Shown in pieces: positions 1 through 9,698 of a stretch of 64,000 bases of DNA. This stretch comes from an uncultured Chitinophagales bacterium (GTDB lineage: Bacteria; Bacteroidota; Bacteroidia; Chitinophagales; JADIYW01). The position numbers and the translations under genes are program-made. Each line of letters opens with the position of its first letter. The stretch's first letter is position 1. The notes beneath the pieces were generated by a model, which was not told the origin of the DNA, made no database searches, and worked only from the letters and a program-made list of their open reading frames with translations. The stretch spans positions 194,255 to 258,254 of the forward strand of contig CAZBED010000003.1 in assembly GCA_964490845.1 (NCBI GenBank), written 5' to 3'.

Positions 1-186
1 CCCAGCAGGTATCTGGAAGGCCAATTTATAGGCACTATGCACCGCTATATCTACTATATTGCCCAAAAATATCCGGAAGCGTTCCTGCCTGTTCATCAGG
101 AAGGTGAAACCGAAAAGGCTTTACTTTATAAGATACGATGGGACTATATTGATTCTTTGAAAAACAGTAACCCGGCGGCGAAATAA
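1..186 (+). CDS. 3' end of an unidentified CDS (partial; starts upstream of the window)
   Basis: Frame 1 is open from the window edge to TAA at 184-186 (...IRWDYIDSLKNSNPAAK*). A hairpin+T6 terminator follows. No family recognised. Confidence 0.4.
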   Translation, partial: PSRYLEGQFIGTMHRYIYYIAQKYPEAFLPVHQEGETEKALLYKIRWDYIDSLKNSNPAAK

Positions 187-245
187 GTTCTCCTCTTCCC
201 GACAGACACGTTTTATAATATATCTATCTAACATAATCTTATAAC

Positions 246-272
246 CCCACTCCTGATTAGAGTGGGTTTTTT
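246..272 (+). terminator. Rho-independent terminator
   Basis: Perfect 7-bp stem CCCACTC (246-252) / GAGTGGG (260-266) with a 7-nt loop, directly followed by TTTTTT (267-272). Confidence 0.7.
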
Positions 273-302
273 GTGGTATATTTGGGGAATAATCTATTTT
301 TG

Positions 303-1154
303 ATGAACATTGTCTTTAGAAACATCCCTTTAACACGGATTAAAATATTTGGGGCTAAAATCCTTTTATTTTTTACCGGTGTTTTTGTGGACACCAGAAA
401 GAAACATCTTATAAAAAGAAACGATATCAACTTTGAGGTTGATTTAACGGAAGGCATTGATCTGTCATTATACCTTTTTAATGATTTCCAGTCTCACGTT
501 TACGAAAATAAATTTGTTACCTTGAAAGAAGAGGATGTCATCTTTGATGTTGGCGCCAATGTCGGTATTATGTCTTTAAACTTTGCCAAAAAAGCGAAAA
601 ACGGAAAGGTGTACGCATTTGAACCAACCCATTATGCTTTAGAAAAATTTAAGAGAAATCTGGAGCTAAACCCTGAATTAGCCAACCGTATTTCCATAAC
701 CAACTGTTTTATTTCCGCAAAATCAGATGCCAACCCTAATATAGTTGCTTTCTCGAGCTGGAGCCTGACCAAACGAACAGAGAACGATCACGAATTCCAT
801 CTCGGTACGCCTATGTCTGCCGAAGGTGTCCCTTCTATCACTATGGATGACTTTGTACAATCCAACAACATCCGGAAATTAGATTTTATTAAAGTGGATA
901 CGGACGGGCATGAATACGAAGTATTCTCCGGCGCGAGAAATACCATTCAAACCTTAAGGCCAAAAATTATTTTTGAATTAGGATTGTATGTGATGAAAGA
1001 AAAAAATTTCGACTTCGATTTTTACTGGAATTATTTCCATCCGCTTAATTACAAACTATATGATTCGAGCAATTTGAAAGAAATAACCCTTGAGAATTAT
1101 AAGAATCATCTGCCAAAATACGGCAGCATTGATGTTTTAGCAATACCACAATAA
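303..1154 (+). CDS. FkbM-family SAM-dependent methyltransferase
   Basis: ORF track 273..1154 starts at GTG inside the terminator T-tract; the first ATG is at 303. Motifs DVGANVGIMS...VYAFEP and FIKVDTDGHEYEV are typical of FkbM-type methyltransferases. Confidence 0.75.
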   Translation: MNIVFRNIPLTRIKIFGAKILLFFTGVFVDTRKKHLIKRNDINFEVDLTEGIDLSLYLFNDFQSHVYENKFVTLKEEDVIFDVGANVGIMSLNFAKKAKNGKVYAFEPTHYALEKFKRNLELNPELANRISITNCFISAKSDANPNIVAFSSWSLTKRTENDHEFHLGTPMSAEGVPSITMDDFVQSNNIRKLDFIKVDTDGHEYEVFSGARNTIQTLRPKIIFELGLYVMKEKNFDFDFYWNYFHPLNYKLYDSSNLKEITLENYKNHLPKYGSIDVLAIPQ

Positions 1155-1155
1155 C

Positions 1156-2589
1156 ATGTTATTCTCTATTCGAAAACAAACCATTTTCAGTCACTTTGAA
1201 TCCATTGCGGAAAATTATTTAAATTACCGCAGGCGATTCTCTTATTACGGAAATGATATTATCAATTACCTGAACTTCTTCATCAGCGAAACAGACAGCG
1301 TACTGGAAATCGGGTGTGGATGCGGAGAAACGATTCACGGGTTAAAGGCAACTGATAAAACCGGTATTGACTTCAGTCCCAAAATGATTTCAGCTGCTCA
1401 AAAATCTTATCCGGATGTATCCTTTCATGTGATGGATGCCGAAAAGATCACTCTGGAAAGAAAATTTGATGTCATCATCTTCAATAATATCATCGGCTAT
1501 CTCGACAATATCCAGGATGTCTTTTATGCCATCAAGAATAACTGCCACGAACATACCCGCGTCATCATTTCTTATTACAATCACTGGTGGGAGCCTGTTC
1601 TGAATCTGGGTGAAACGATAGGCATCAAAAAAAAATCGCCCCAGCAGAACTGGCTGGATGCTAAAGATATTTCCAACTTGCTATATCTGTCAGGCTTTGA
1701 AACCTACAGAACCAACAAGCGCTTGTTATTCCCCATCAATATTCCTGTCTTTTCGTGGCTGTTGAATAAGTATATCGCAAAACTGCCGATTTTTAAGTCA
1801 CTCTGTTTAAACCAGTTCACCTTCGCCCGTCCGCTCTTAAATTATTCTGAAGAAGAAGCCGGAAGCAAATACTCTGTTTCCATTTGTATTCCCGCACGCA
1901 ACGAAAGCGGCAATATCGAAAACGCGATTTTGCGTCTGCCGAAGTTTGGCAAGCATCAGGAAATCATCTTTGTGGAGGGCAACTCTTCCGACGACACCTG
2001 GGCAAAGATTCAGGAGATACAAACCAAATACCGCGACTCGCACGACATAAAAATTGCACAGCAGGAAGGCAAAGGCAAAGGTGATGCCGTACGAAAAGGG
2101 TACTCCATCGCCACACAGGATATCCTGATGATACTCGATGCAGACCTGACGATGCCGCCGGAAGAATTGCCTAAATTTTACAACGCCATCGCCACCGGAA
2201 AAGCAGAATTCATCAACGGCTCGCGGCTGGTATATCCTATGGATAAAGAAGCCATGCGTTTCCTGAATACGTTGGGCAATAAATTTTTCAGCAAGGTATT
2301 TTCCTGGCTAATGGAGCAACCCATCAAAGACACACTTTGCGGTACTAAGGTGATGTTCCGGGAGGATTACAATAAACTCGCCGCTAACCGCAAATTCTTC
2401 GGAGATTTTGACCCGTTTGGCGATTATGATTTGCTGTTTGGCGCTTACAAACTCAATCTGAAAATCATCGATTTGCCTATACGCTATAAAGAACGTACTT
2501 ACGGGACGACTAATATTTCCCGCTTTCAAAATGGTTTTATGCTATTAAGAATGTGCTGGTTTGCCGCCGGGAAAATTAAGTTCTGGTAG
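1156..2589 (+). CDS. Fusion protein: class I SAM methyltransferase (N-terminal) + family 2 glycosyltransferase (C-terminal)
   Basis: N-terminal half has SAM motif I, VLEIGCGCGE. C-terminal half has GT-A/GT2 signatures SICIPARNESGNI, EIIFVEGNSSDDT and ILDADLTMPPEE (DxD). Its ATG lies 2 nt after the FkbM gene's stop. Confidence 0.8.
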   Translation: MLFSIRKQTIFSHFESIAENYLNYRRRFSYYGNDIINYLNFFISETDSVLEIGCGCGETIHGLKATDKTGIDFSPKMISAAQKSYPDVSFHVMDAEKITLERKFDVIIFNNIIGYLDNIQDVFYAIKNNCHEHTRVIISYYNHWWEPVLNLGETIGIKKKSPQQNWLDAKDISNLLYLSGFETYRTNKRLLFPINIPVFSWLLNKYIAKLPIFKSLCLNQFTFARPLLNYSEEEAGSKYSVSICIPARNESGNIENAILRLPKFGKHQEIIFVEGNSSDDTWAKIQEIQTKYRDSHDIKIAQQEGKGKGDAVRKGYSIATQDILMILDADLTMPPEELPKFYNAIATGKAEFINGSRLVYPMDKEAMRFLNTLGNKFFSKVFSWLMEQPIKDTLCGTKVMFREDYNKLAANRKFFGDFDPFGDYDLLFGAYKLNLKIIDLPIRYKERTYGTTNISRFQNGFMLLRMCWFAAGKIKFW

Positions 2590-2595
2590 CCCAAC

Positions 2596-2621
2596 CCGTC
2601 ATTTCGTTGTTAGTAGAAATC
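2596..2621. repeat. REP-like hairpin repeat unit (CCGTCATTTCG...GAAATC), forward orientation
   Basis: CCGTCATTTCGTTGTTAGTAGAAATC. Same architecture (GTCATTy - variable top - rGAATC) as the units at 2886, 23886, 23932, 49746 and 49775. Confidence 0.6.
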
Positions 2622-2885
2622 TTGCTTTAGTCTTCATTTAAAATAACAAGAACCTGTTGTGCGATTTAAAACACATAGGCACATAGATTTTTTTAGAAAG
2701 AATGTGCTAATTAGTGCAATATATACGGAATTCCCATTAGTAAAACATAGTATCGCCTCAGGCGATAGCTATACGTCTCTATTAAATTGCATCTTTCACT
2801 CTACTTACCTAAATAAGCAAATAATCAAACTAACTATGTTCCTATGTAGTATTATTAAACTATTCACCGTACAAGCGTTTAACAA

Positions 2886-2910
2886 GATTTCGCTTCGCTC
2901 AGAATGACGG
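2886..2910. repeat. REP-like hairpin repeat unit, inverted orientation
   Basis: GATTTCGCTTCGCTCAGAATGACGG, reverse complement CCGTCATTCTGAGCGAAGCGAAATC. Forms an inverted pair with the unit at 2596-2621. Confidence 0.6.
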
Positions 2911-2925
2911 CACTCTTTTGGGAAA

Positions 2926-3726
2926 TTACTCTTTTGGTTTCTTTTCTTTCTTGTTGGCGATAAAATATTTGAGGAAGATAATTTCCTTTTCTGTAAGGAA
3001 ACGCCATTTGCCGCGTGGCAGGTTTTTCTTCGTCAGGCCGGCGTACAAGACACGGTCGAGCTTCATCACCTCATATCCCAGGTGCTCAAAAATGCGGCGC
3101 ACGATTCTGTTTTTCCCGCTGTGTAATTCGATACCTACATGTTTGTCATCGCCGCGCGGAAGGGTATATTCCACCTGATCCACATTTGCTCTGCCGTCTT
3201 CTAAATCCAATCCGGCTCTTATCTTCAATATATCCTTTGAGTCCAGTGCCTTGTCGAGTTCCACCTGGTATACTTTCGTTACTTCTCCGCTGGGATGCGA
3301 TAATTTTTGTGCCAGCTCCCCGTCATTCGTCAACAGGATAACCCCTGTCGAATTCCTGTCTAATCTTCCGACCGGATACAGGCGCACATCTTTCACCGTA
3401 CTTACCAGTTCCATTACAGTTTTGCGTTCTCTGTCATCCGATGTGGTAGTTAGATACCCTTTCGGTTTATTCAGCAACACATACACTTTTTTCTCTCCCT
3501 GTACACGTCTGTTCTTAAATTTCACTACGTCTTTCGGCTTTACCTTGTATCCCATTTCCAATACCACTTCATCATTTACCGACACATAACCGGCCTTGAT
3601 GTATTCATCGGCCTGTCTGCGCGAACAGACACCGGCATTGGAAATATATTTATTGAGGCGGGTTTCTTCCTGAAGCGGCTGTTCTTTAGGTGGCGTAAAA
3701 TTCTTCACCGCATGCTCAATTTTCAT
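2926..3726 (-). CDS. rluB: 23S rRNA pseudouridine synthase, RsuA/RluB family (S4 domain + catalytic domain)
   Basis: S4 motif RLNKYISNAGVCSRRQADEYI and catalytic motif GRLDRNSTGVILLTNDG. Start moved to ATG 3724-3726 (MKIEHAV...) because the longer ORF (to 3834) overlaps scpB by 59 nt. Confidence 0.85.
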   Translation of the reverse strand: MKIEHAVKNFTPPKEQPLQEETRLNKYISNAGVCSRRQADEYIKAGYVSVNDEVVLEMGYKVKPKDVVKFKNRRVQGEKKVYVLLNKPKGYLTTTSDDRERKTVMELVSTVKDVRLYPVGRLDRNSTGVILLTNDGELAQKLSHPSGEVTKVYQVELDKALDSKDILKIRAGLDLEDGRANVDQVEYTLPRGDDKHVGIELHSGKNRIVRRIFEHLGYEVMKLDRVLYAGLTKKNLPRGKWRFLTEKEIIFLKYFIANKKEKKPKE

Positions 3727-3775
3727 GGCAAATGTATCATTCTTTGGAACAAACGACTTCTTGTTTTTCTGGAAG

Positions 3776-4378
3776 TTAGTTTTGTTGGTCGGCGGCAATG
3801 CTTGTATTGGCGGCCTCGATATTCTCTTTCTCACCTATCTGATTTTGAAGTTCTTCAAATTCTTTTAGTTTCGGCAGCTCATCCAGTGAGTTGATACCGA
3901 AGTAATCTAAAAATTGCTGTGTTGTTTTGTATAATAACGGCTTGCCGGGTTCTGTACTTCGGCCAGCAATTTCTATCAGTTCTTTTTCCATCAGTTTCTG
4001 AATGGTGTAATCAGCATTCACACCTCGAATGGTTTCAATGATATGCTTGGTCACCGGCTGTTTGTATGCAATAATCGCCAGCGACTCCAAAGCTGCCGTC
4101 GTAAGTCGTTTCACGGTATTTCTATTGAGAAATGCGGAAACTACGGTATGGTAATCTGCTTTGGTCAGAAACTGGTAACCGCCGCCGACTTCACCCAATT
4201 CAAAAGGGAACAGGTCGTTGTTATATTTTTCTCTAATAACAAAGATAACGCCTTCAATTTCCTCAGGAGTAAAAGCTACCTCGGAGGTCTTGTTCAGGTA
4301 GGCCACCAACTCCTCCGTTTTAATCGGACTTTCAGCGGCAAAAATAATGGCTTCTATATTTTTTTGTACTTCTTCCAC
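3776..4378 (-). CDS. scpB: Segregation and condensation protein B (SMC-ScpAB complex subunit)
   Basis: About 200 aa. N-terminus IEAIIFAAESPIKTEEL and winged-helix-like LAIIAYKQPVTKHIIETIRGV match the ScpB family pattern. Confidence 0.8.
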   Translation of the reverse strand: MEEVQKNIEAIIFAAESPIKTEELVAYLNKTSEVAFTPEEIEGVIFVIREKYNNDLFPFELGEVGGGYQFLTKADYHTVVSAFLNRNTVKRLTTAALESLAIIAYKQPVTKHIIETIRGVNADYTIQKLMEKELIEIAGRSTEPGKPLLYKTTQQFLDYFGINSLDELPKLKEFEELQNQIGEKENIEAANTSIAADQQN

Positions 4379-4471
4379 GTGGTAAAGATACGAAAAATAG
4401 TAGTGAGTAACGAGTAGTAAGTATTGAGTTATTAACGTTAATTACGAAAATATTATTTATATAGAATAAGA

Positions 4472-4495
4472 AACCGGATATGATTTTATCCGGTT
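4472..4495 (-). terminator. Hairpin terminator downstream of atpG (end of the atp operon)
   Basis: Perfect 8-bp stem AACCGGAT / ATCCGGTT with an 8-nt loop, 30 nt after the atpG stop. The flank on the minus strand is T-rich (TCTTATTCT). Confidence 0.55.
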
Positions 4496-4524
4496 TTTAA
4501 ACTATCCTTTGGTATAAATTTTTA

Positions 4525-5415
4525 TTACCCATTGCTCAAGGCTGCCGCACCGGATACGATTTCCGTTAACTCGGTGGTGATGGCCGCCTGACGGGCACGG
4601 TTGTACATGATGTTCAGTGATTTTAATAATTCGTTGGCATTTTCTGTAGCCTTGTCCATCGCCGTCATACGCGCTCCGTGTTCCGACGCATTGGAATCCA
4701 GTAAATAGCGGAAAAATTGTGTCTTCAGAATCTTTGGAACCAGATCATTCAGGATTTTATCCTGCGCCGGTTCAAAGATATAGTCCGCTTTACCCTTTCC
4801 GCTGCCCTTAGTTGGGACGGTGGTCTGAATCGGGAGAAACTGCTCAGTTGTTGGAATCTGAGTGGCGGCATTTTTAAACTGACCATAAACCACTTCCACT
4901 ACATCATACTCTTTTTGTTCAAAAGCATACATGATATATTCTGCCGCTTTTGCCGCATTCTCAAAAGTAAGACTGCCAAATAAACCACCAAAATCATTAT
5001 TCACCTTTAATTTAGAAGACTTGAATGCATCATACCCTTTTTTGCCAACCGTTAAAATATCTACTTTCCCCTTCGCCGCCAGTTCAGGATATTTCTCATT
5101 AAGCAATAATTTTGCCGACTTAACGGAATTGGCGTTGAACCCTCCGCACAATCCTTTGTCAGAGGTAATCACCACAATCAGAACTTTGCTGACCGCACGT
5201 TGCTGAGCGAAAGCCAAGTTCATCTCGCCACCCAGGTTGGAAGCGATATTCTGAAGAACCTTATTTAATTGGTTTGCATAAGGACGAATCTGTATAATCC
5301 TGTCTGTTGCTCTTCTCAACTTGGCAGCTGACACCATCTTCATGGCTTTTGTAATCTGCGTGGTAGATTTTACAGAGGCTATTCTTAATCGTACTTCTTT
5401 TAAATTTGCTCCCAT
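4525..5415 (-). CDS. atpG: F0F1 ATP synthase subunit gamma
   Basis: 296 aa. N-terminus LKEVRLRIASVKSTTQITKAMKMVSAAKLRRA and C-terminus ITTELTEIVSGAAAL are canonical for gamma. Sits in the operon after atpA. Confidence 0.95.
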   Translation of the reverse strand: MGANLKEVRLRIASVKSTTQITKAMKMVSAAKLRRATDRIIQIRPYANQLNKVLQNIASNLGGEMNLAFAQQRAVSKVLIVVITSDKGLCGGFNANSVKSAKLLLNEKYPELAAKGKVDILTVGKKGYDAFKSSKLKVNNDFGGLFGSLTFENAAKAAEYIMYAFEQKEYDVVEVVYGQFKNAATQIPTTEQFLPIQTTVPTKGSGKGKADYIFEPAQDKILNDLVPKILKTQFFRYLLDSNASEHGARMTAMDKATENANELLKSLNIMYNRARQAAITTELTEIVSGAAALSNG

Positions 5416-5487
5416 CTTTCTTTAGCGTTTAAGATTCGAGATTCGGGAAAATTACTCACATATCCCATCACCCTTATCTATTCATCT

Positions 5488-7065
5488 TTATGCGTATGCT
5501 CCTTCCATGGATTTTGCCAATGCTTCTACTTTTCCGGTAGCTTCATCTCCTAACCCGCCTTTTTTAAATTCCGCTAATACTTCCGGATGTTTGGCTTCCA
5601 GTGCACTCAGGAAATCCTCCTCGAATGTACGTACCTTCTCTACCGCTATATTTCTCAATAGTCCTTTTGAACCTAAATAGATAATGGCTACCTGTTTTTC
5701 TACCGTTAACGGAGAATACTGAGGCTGTTTCAAAATCTCCACGTTTCTTTTTCCTTTATCCAATACCGCTTTGGTCGCCGCATCCAGGTCAGAACCGAAT
5801 TTAGAGAATGCCTCCAACTCACGGTATTGCGCCTGGTCTAATTTGAGGGTACCCGCTACTTTCTTCATGGATTTAATCTGTGCATTTCCACCCACACGAG
5901 ATACCGAGATACCTACGTTGATAGCCGGACGCACACCCGCGTTGAACAAGTTCGCTTCCAGGAATATTTGTCCGTCGGTGATAGAGATTACGTTAGTAGG
6001 GATATAGGCAGAAACGTCGCCCGCTTGTGTTTCAATGATGGGTAAAGCCGTCAATGAACCACCGCCTTTTACTTTTCCTTTCAGGGAATCCGGCAAGTCA
6101 TTCATTTTTTGAGCAATCTCATCTTTATTGATAATTTTGGCTGCACGCTCCAGTAAACGGGAGTGCAGGTAGAATACGTCACCCGGATAGGCTTCACGTC
6201 CCGGAGGTCTTTTCAATAACAAAGAAACCTCCCGATAAGCAACTGCCTGTTTGGATAAATCATCGTATACGATCAATGCCGGACGACCTGTATCACGGAA
6301 AAACTCTCCGATGGCAGCGCCTGCGAATGGTGCGTAAAACTGAATGGGAGCCGGGTCAGAAGCGTTGGCGGCAACAATCACTGTGTAAGGCATTGCTCCG
6401 TTTTCTTCCAGTGTTTTCGCAATATTGGCTACCGTAGATGCTTTTTGTCCGCAGGCTACATAGATACAGTAAACCGGTTCACCTCTGTCGTAAAATTCTT
6501 TCTGATTGATAATGGTATCGATCGCGATAGCCGTTTTTCCTGTCTGACGGTCACCGATGATTAACTCTCGTTGTCCACGTCCGATTGGAATCATCGCATC
6601 AATGGATTTGATACCCGTTTGTAACGGCTCTGTTACCGGCTGACGGAAGATAACCCCCGGCGCTTTTCTTTCCAATGGCATGGAGTATAATTCTCCACCG
6701 ATAGGTCCTTTACCATCTATTGGTTGTCCGAGTGTATTTACCACACGGCCTAACATTCCTTCGCCCACATTTAACGATGCAATGAGTCCGGTACGTTTTA
6801 CGCTGTCACCTTCCTTAATTTCATCTGAAGAACCCATCAATACCACACCCACGTTGTCTTCTTCCAGGTTTAACGCAATCGCTTTCATGCCGTTGGAGAA
6901 TTCTACCAATTCCCCTGCTTTTACCTGCGATAATCCGTAGATACGCGCAATACCGTCACCTACCTGAAGAACACTTCCTACTTCTTCCAATTGTGCTTCT
7001 GTAGAAACATTTCCTAACTGCTGACGCAGTATTGCTGATATTTCATCCGGTCTAACTTCTACCAT
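5488..7065 (-). CDS. atpA: F0F1 ATP synthase subunit alpha
   Basis: 525 aa. Walker A GDRQTGKT; conserved blocks typical of the alpha subunit. Confidence 0.97.
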   Translation of the reverse strand: MVEVRPDEISAILRQQLGNVSTEAQLEEVGSVLQVGDGIARIYGLSQVKAGELVEFSNGMKAIALNLEEDNVGVVLMGSSDEIKEGDSVKRTGLIASLNVGEGMLGRVVNTLGQPIDGKGPIGGELYSMPLERKAPGVIFRQPVTEPLQTGIKSIDAMIPIGRGQRELIIGDRQTGKTAIAIDTIINQKEFYDRGEPVYCIYVACGQKASTVANIAKTLEENGAMPYTVIVAANASDPAPIQFYAPFAGAAIGEFFRDTGRPALIVYDDLSKQAVAYREVSLLLKRPPGREAYPGDVFYLHSRLLERAAKIINKDEIAQKMNDLPDSLKGKVKGGGSLTALPIIETQAGDVSAYIPTNVISITDGQIFLEANLFNAGVRPAINVGISVSRVGGNAQIKSMKKVAGTLKLDQAQYRELEAFSKFGSDLDAATKAVLDKGKRNVEILKQPQYSPLTVEKQVAIIYLGSKGLLRNIAVEKVRTFEEDFLSALEAKHPEVLAEFKKGGLGDEATGKVEALAKSMEGAYA

Positions 7066-7125
7066 TGTATGTAATTTTTGAATTGTTGAATTGAAGACGA
7101 GTAGATATCTATCCGCCTGTATTTT

Positions 7126-7668
7126 TTAGTTTAAAGAAATTTCTTTCTGTATTTTATTTAATTTATACCGTACGGAATTGTCATACAACTTACCGCCAAA
7201 ATCAACGATGAATCCACCCATGATGGATGCATCTATTTTCTTATTAATCTTCACATTCGGATATCCGGACTGTGACTGAATGAACTGAACGATTTTCTGC
7301 TCATTCGCGGCATCCAATTCCGTAGCCGTTGTTACCGTTACCTCGGAGATACCTTTGAATTCATTATACAATCGGGAGAACGCATTGATAATATCCGTCA
7401 TATACGGCTCCCTGCCCTGTTCTACCAAAAGTTGTAAGAATTTTTGGGTAACCGCATTGACCTTATCCCCGAAAATCTGATTGACAATCGCCAGTTTTTT
7501 GTGTCCCTGTATTACGGGGCTTTTAAAAACCGCTTTTAATTCCCTGTTGGATTTCAATACAGCCGCAATCGTTGATAAATCCGTATAAATAGTCTCTATC
7601 GTGCCTGTTTGTGTGGCCTCGTCAAATAATGCTTTTGCGTAACGTCGTGATAATTTTTCTGTTGACAT
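7126..7668 (-). CDS. atpH: F0F1 ATP synthase subunit delta (OSCP)
   Basis: 180 aa. RYAKALFDEA N-terminus typical of delta/OSCP. Position between atpF and atpA. Confidence 0.9.
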   Translation of the reverse strand: MSTEKLSRRYAKALFDEATQTGTIETIYTDLSTIAAVLKSNRELKAVFKSPVIQGHKKLAIVNQIFGDKVNAVTQKFLQLLVEQGREPYMTDIINAFSRLYNEFKGISEVTVTTATELDAANEQKIVQFIQSQSGYPNVKINKKIDASIMGGFIVDFGGKLYDNSVRYKLNKIQKEISLN

Positions 7669-8189
7669 TAGTTCACATTGATTTTGTCTACCAACGAATT
7701 GATATAGCTTTGCTGGTCTTTAGCCGCATCCAGTTCGCGTCCCAATACTTTCTGAGCGATTTCAATAGAGATTTTGCTGACTTCGTTTTTTACTTCTGCC
7801 ATTGCGGCCTTTTTCTGAGCTTCAATTTCCGCTTTTGCATCCGCCACAATTTTAGCTGCATCTTCTTTGGCCTTATTGTGTGCCTCTGTAATGATGGAGT
7901 CTTTCACCTCTTTTGCTTCTTTCAGGATTTTAGCGCCTTCTTCTCTCGCTTCTTTTAATAAAGCGGCATTGTCGGATTGCAGTTTCTGCATTTCCTCTTT
8001 CGCTCTATCCGCTGCGGAAAGGGCGTCATTGATAGATTGCTCGCGGTCCTTAATAGAGCTGACAATTGGTTTCAGGGCGAATTTGCCGATTAAAAACCAG
8101 AATGTCAGAAAAACAATAGTCGTCCAAAACACTAAACCGAAATCGGGAGTGAGTAACGATATTGATTCGAATGCCAATATCATATTCAA
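7668..8189 (-). CDS. atpF: F0F1 ATP synthase subunit b
   Basis: One N-terminal TM helix followed by a long charged helix. The stop overlaps the atpH start by 1 nt (TAATG on the minus strand). Confidence 0.9.
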   Translation of the reverse strand: MNMILAFESISLLTPDFGLVFWTTIVFLTFWFLIGKFALKPIVSSIKDREQSINDALSAADRAKEEMQKLQSDNAALLKEAREEGAKILKEAKEVKDSIITEAHNKAKEDAAKIVADAKAEIEAQKKAAMAEVKNEVSKISIEIAQKVLGRELDAAKDQQSYINSLVDKINVN

Positions 8190-8229
8190 TAATTTTTACG
8201 TTCGATAAAGAACGGAGTTAATAAATAGA

Positions 8230-8448
<219 letters not shown>

Positions 8449-8476
8449 TTAGTTGTTTAAAATTGTTTATTTAAAA

Positions 8477-9556
8477 TTAATGATGTTCTGCATGATGATG
8501 TTCCTCAATAGCGGCACCGATAAATATGGTGGACAGCAACGTGAAGACATACGCCTGAAGGAATGCCACAAACAATTCCATGGCGTTTACAAACAATAAA
8601 ATCGGGATGGCTATAACACCGCCCGCGGTGGCCCCTCCGATGCTGGTACCCATTTTACCCATAATAAAAATGAGACTCACAATACTCAGCACCGCGATAT
8701 GACCACCTGTTATATTACCGAATAAACGAAGCATTAATACACCCGGTTTCAGAAACACCCCCAATAATTCAATTGGTGTTAGAATGACCAATACCCATTT
8801 AGGCACCCCCGGCATGGCAAAAATATGCTGCCAGTAGTGTTTATTTCCGCTCAGGTTGATTAACAGGAATGAACAGAATGCCAGCACAAAAGTAAACGAG
8901 ATATTTCCGGAGGAGTTGATGCCACCGATAAAAGGAACCAAACCCAGTAAGTTATTGATGAGGATAAAAAAGAAAACAGATAAAAGGTAAGGCATATAGC
9001 GGTCTGCTTTATCACCCAGAATCGGACGAACCAAATCCTCAGAAAGGTACTGAATAACCGGCTCCATGAATGACTGTAAGCCTTTTGGCGCCTGGCCTTT
9101 TCTTTTATCGTATGACTTCTTAATACTGAAGAATACTACAGCCAGGATAATGAATCCCAGCATCATATTAAACACGTTTTTGGTGATGGAGAGGTCAATA
9201 AAGGTGTCTCGTTTTCCGGTGGCAGCATCCACCACACGGTTATCTTCCATCTTATAGCCCTCGTGTGTGCCATCCGGTGAATGATGGAAAACAGATGACA
9301 TGAAAACAGACACCTTTTTGGTTTCCTTATTCACAAGAATACAAGGCAATGGCATGGTGATATGATGACCGCCAAAAGTGGTGATATGGTTTTCGTTGGC
9401 ATCTGCCACGTGGTGCATGATATGCTCCACTACTTCCTTTGCCACATCTTTGCCGCCTTCCTCTTTAGCCGGTTCCGCTTCGGTGGTATTGGCGCTTACT
9501 CCCAATGAAATAAGGAGTGAAAAGAGTAAAATAATTATGCGAGATTTCTTGATCAC
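8477..9556 (-). CDS. atpB: F0F1 ATP synthase subunit a, with N-terminal extension and His-rich termini
   Basis: Polytopic C-terminal part with the conserved LRLFGNI(T)GGH motif. GTG start (reverse complement of 9554-9556). The N-terminal ~110 aa are signal-like and then His-rich; the C-terminus is EEHHHAEHH. Confidence 0.9.
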   Translation of the reverse strand: MIKKSRIIILLFSLLISLGVSANTTEAEPAKEEGGKDVAKEVVEHIMHHVADANENHITTFGGHHITMPLPCILVNKETKKVSVFMSSVFHHSPDGTHEGYKMEDNRVVDAATGKRDTFIDLSITKNVFNMMLGFIILAVVFFSIKKSYDKRKGQAPKGLQSFMEPVIQYLSEDLVRPILGDKADRYMPYLLSVFFFILINNLLGLVPFIGGINSSGNISFTFVLAFCSFLLINLSGNKHYWQHIFAMPGVPKWVLVILTPIELLGVFLKPGVLMLRLFGNITGGHIAVLSIVSLIFIMGKMGTSIGGATAGGVIAIPILLFVNAMELFVAFLQAYVFTLLSTIFIGAAIEEHHHAEHH

Positions 9557-9575
9557 AGTACTATAAAATGCGGTG

Positions 9576-9583
9576 CAAAGATA
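9576..9583 (-). promoter_or_regulatory. Bacteroidota-type -7 promoter box (TATCTTTG) for the atp operon
   Basis: Plus strand CAAAGATA is TATCTTTG on the minus strand, matching the TAnnTTTG consensus. It lies 20 nt upstream of the atpB start. Confidence 0.55.
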
Positions 9584-9644
9584 GTAATTTCCAAGGAGAG
9601 AAATAGGGTCGCGATAAATTAAATGTGTGTTAAATAGAATAAAT

Positions 9645-9674
9645 AAAAATGCCGCTCATGTGAGCGGCATTTTT
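9645..9674 (-). terminator. Bidirectional hairpin terminator (end of the SusCD-lipoprotein operon)
   Basis: AAAAATGCCGCT-CATGTG-AGCGGCATTTTT. The GC-rich stem is flanked by an A-run and a T-run, 25 nt after the stop of the 9699 gene. Confidence 0.75.
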
Positions 9675-9698
9675 ATTTATATTCTAAAAAGGGAAGGC

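Noticed and set aside
2659-2907. 82-codon ORF in the rluB-upstream spacer, together with the ORFs at 2918-3178 and 3015-3341
   Set aside because: The first starts at GTG, runs through the nested inverted repeats and ends inside a REP unit. The other two are antisense to rluB. None has a coding-like composition.
3727-3834. 5' extension of the rluB ORF overlapping scpB by 59 nt
   Set aside because: The extension is basic and low-complexity. The S4 domain begins just after the internal ATG at 3726, which removes the overlap.
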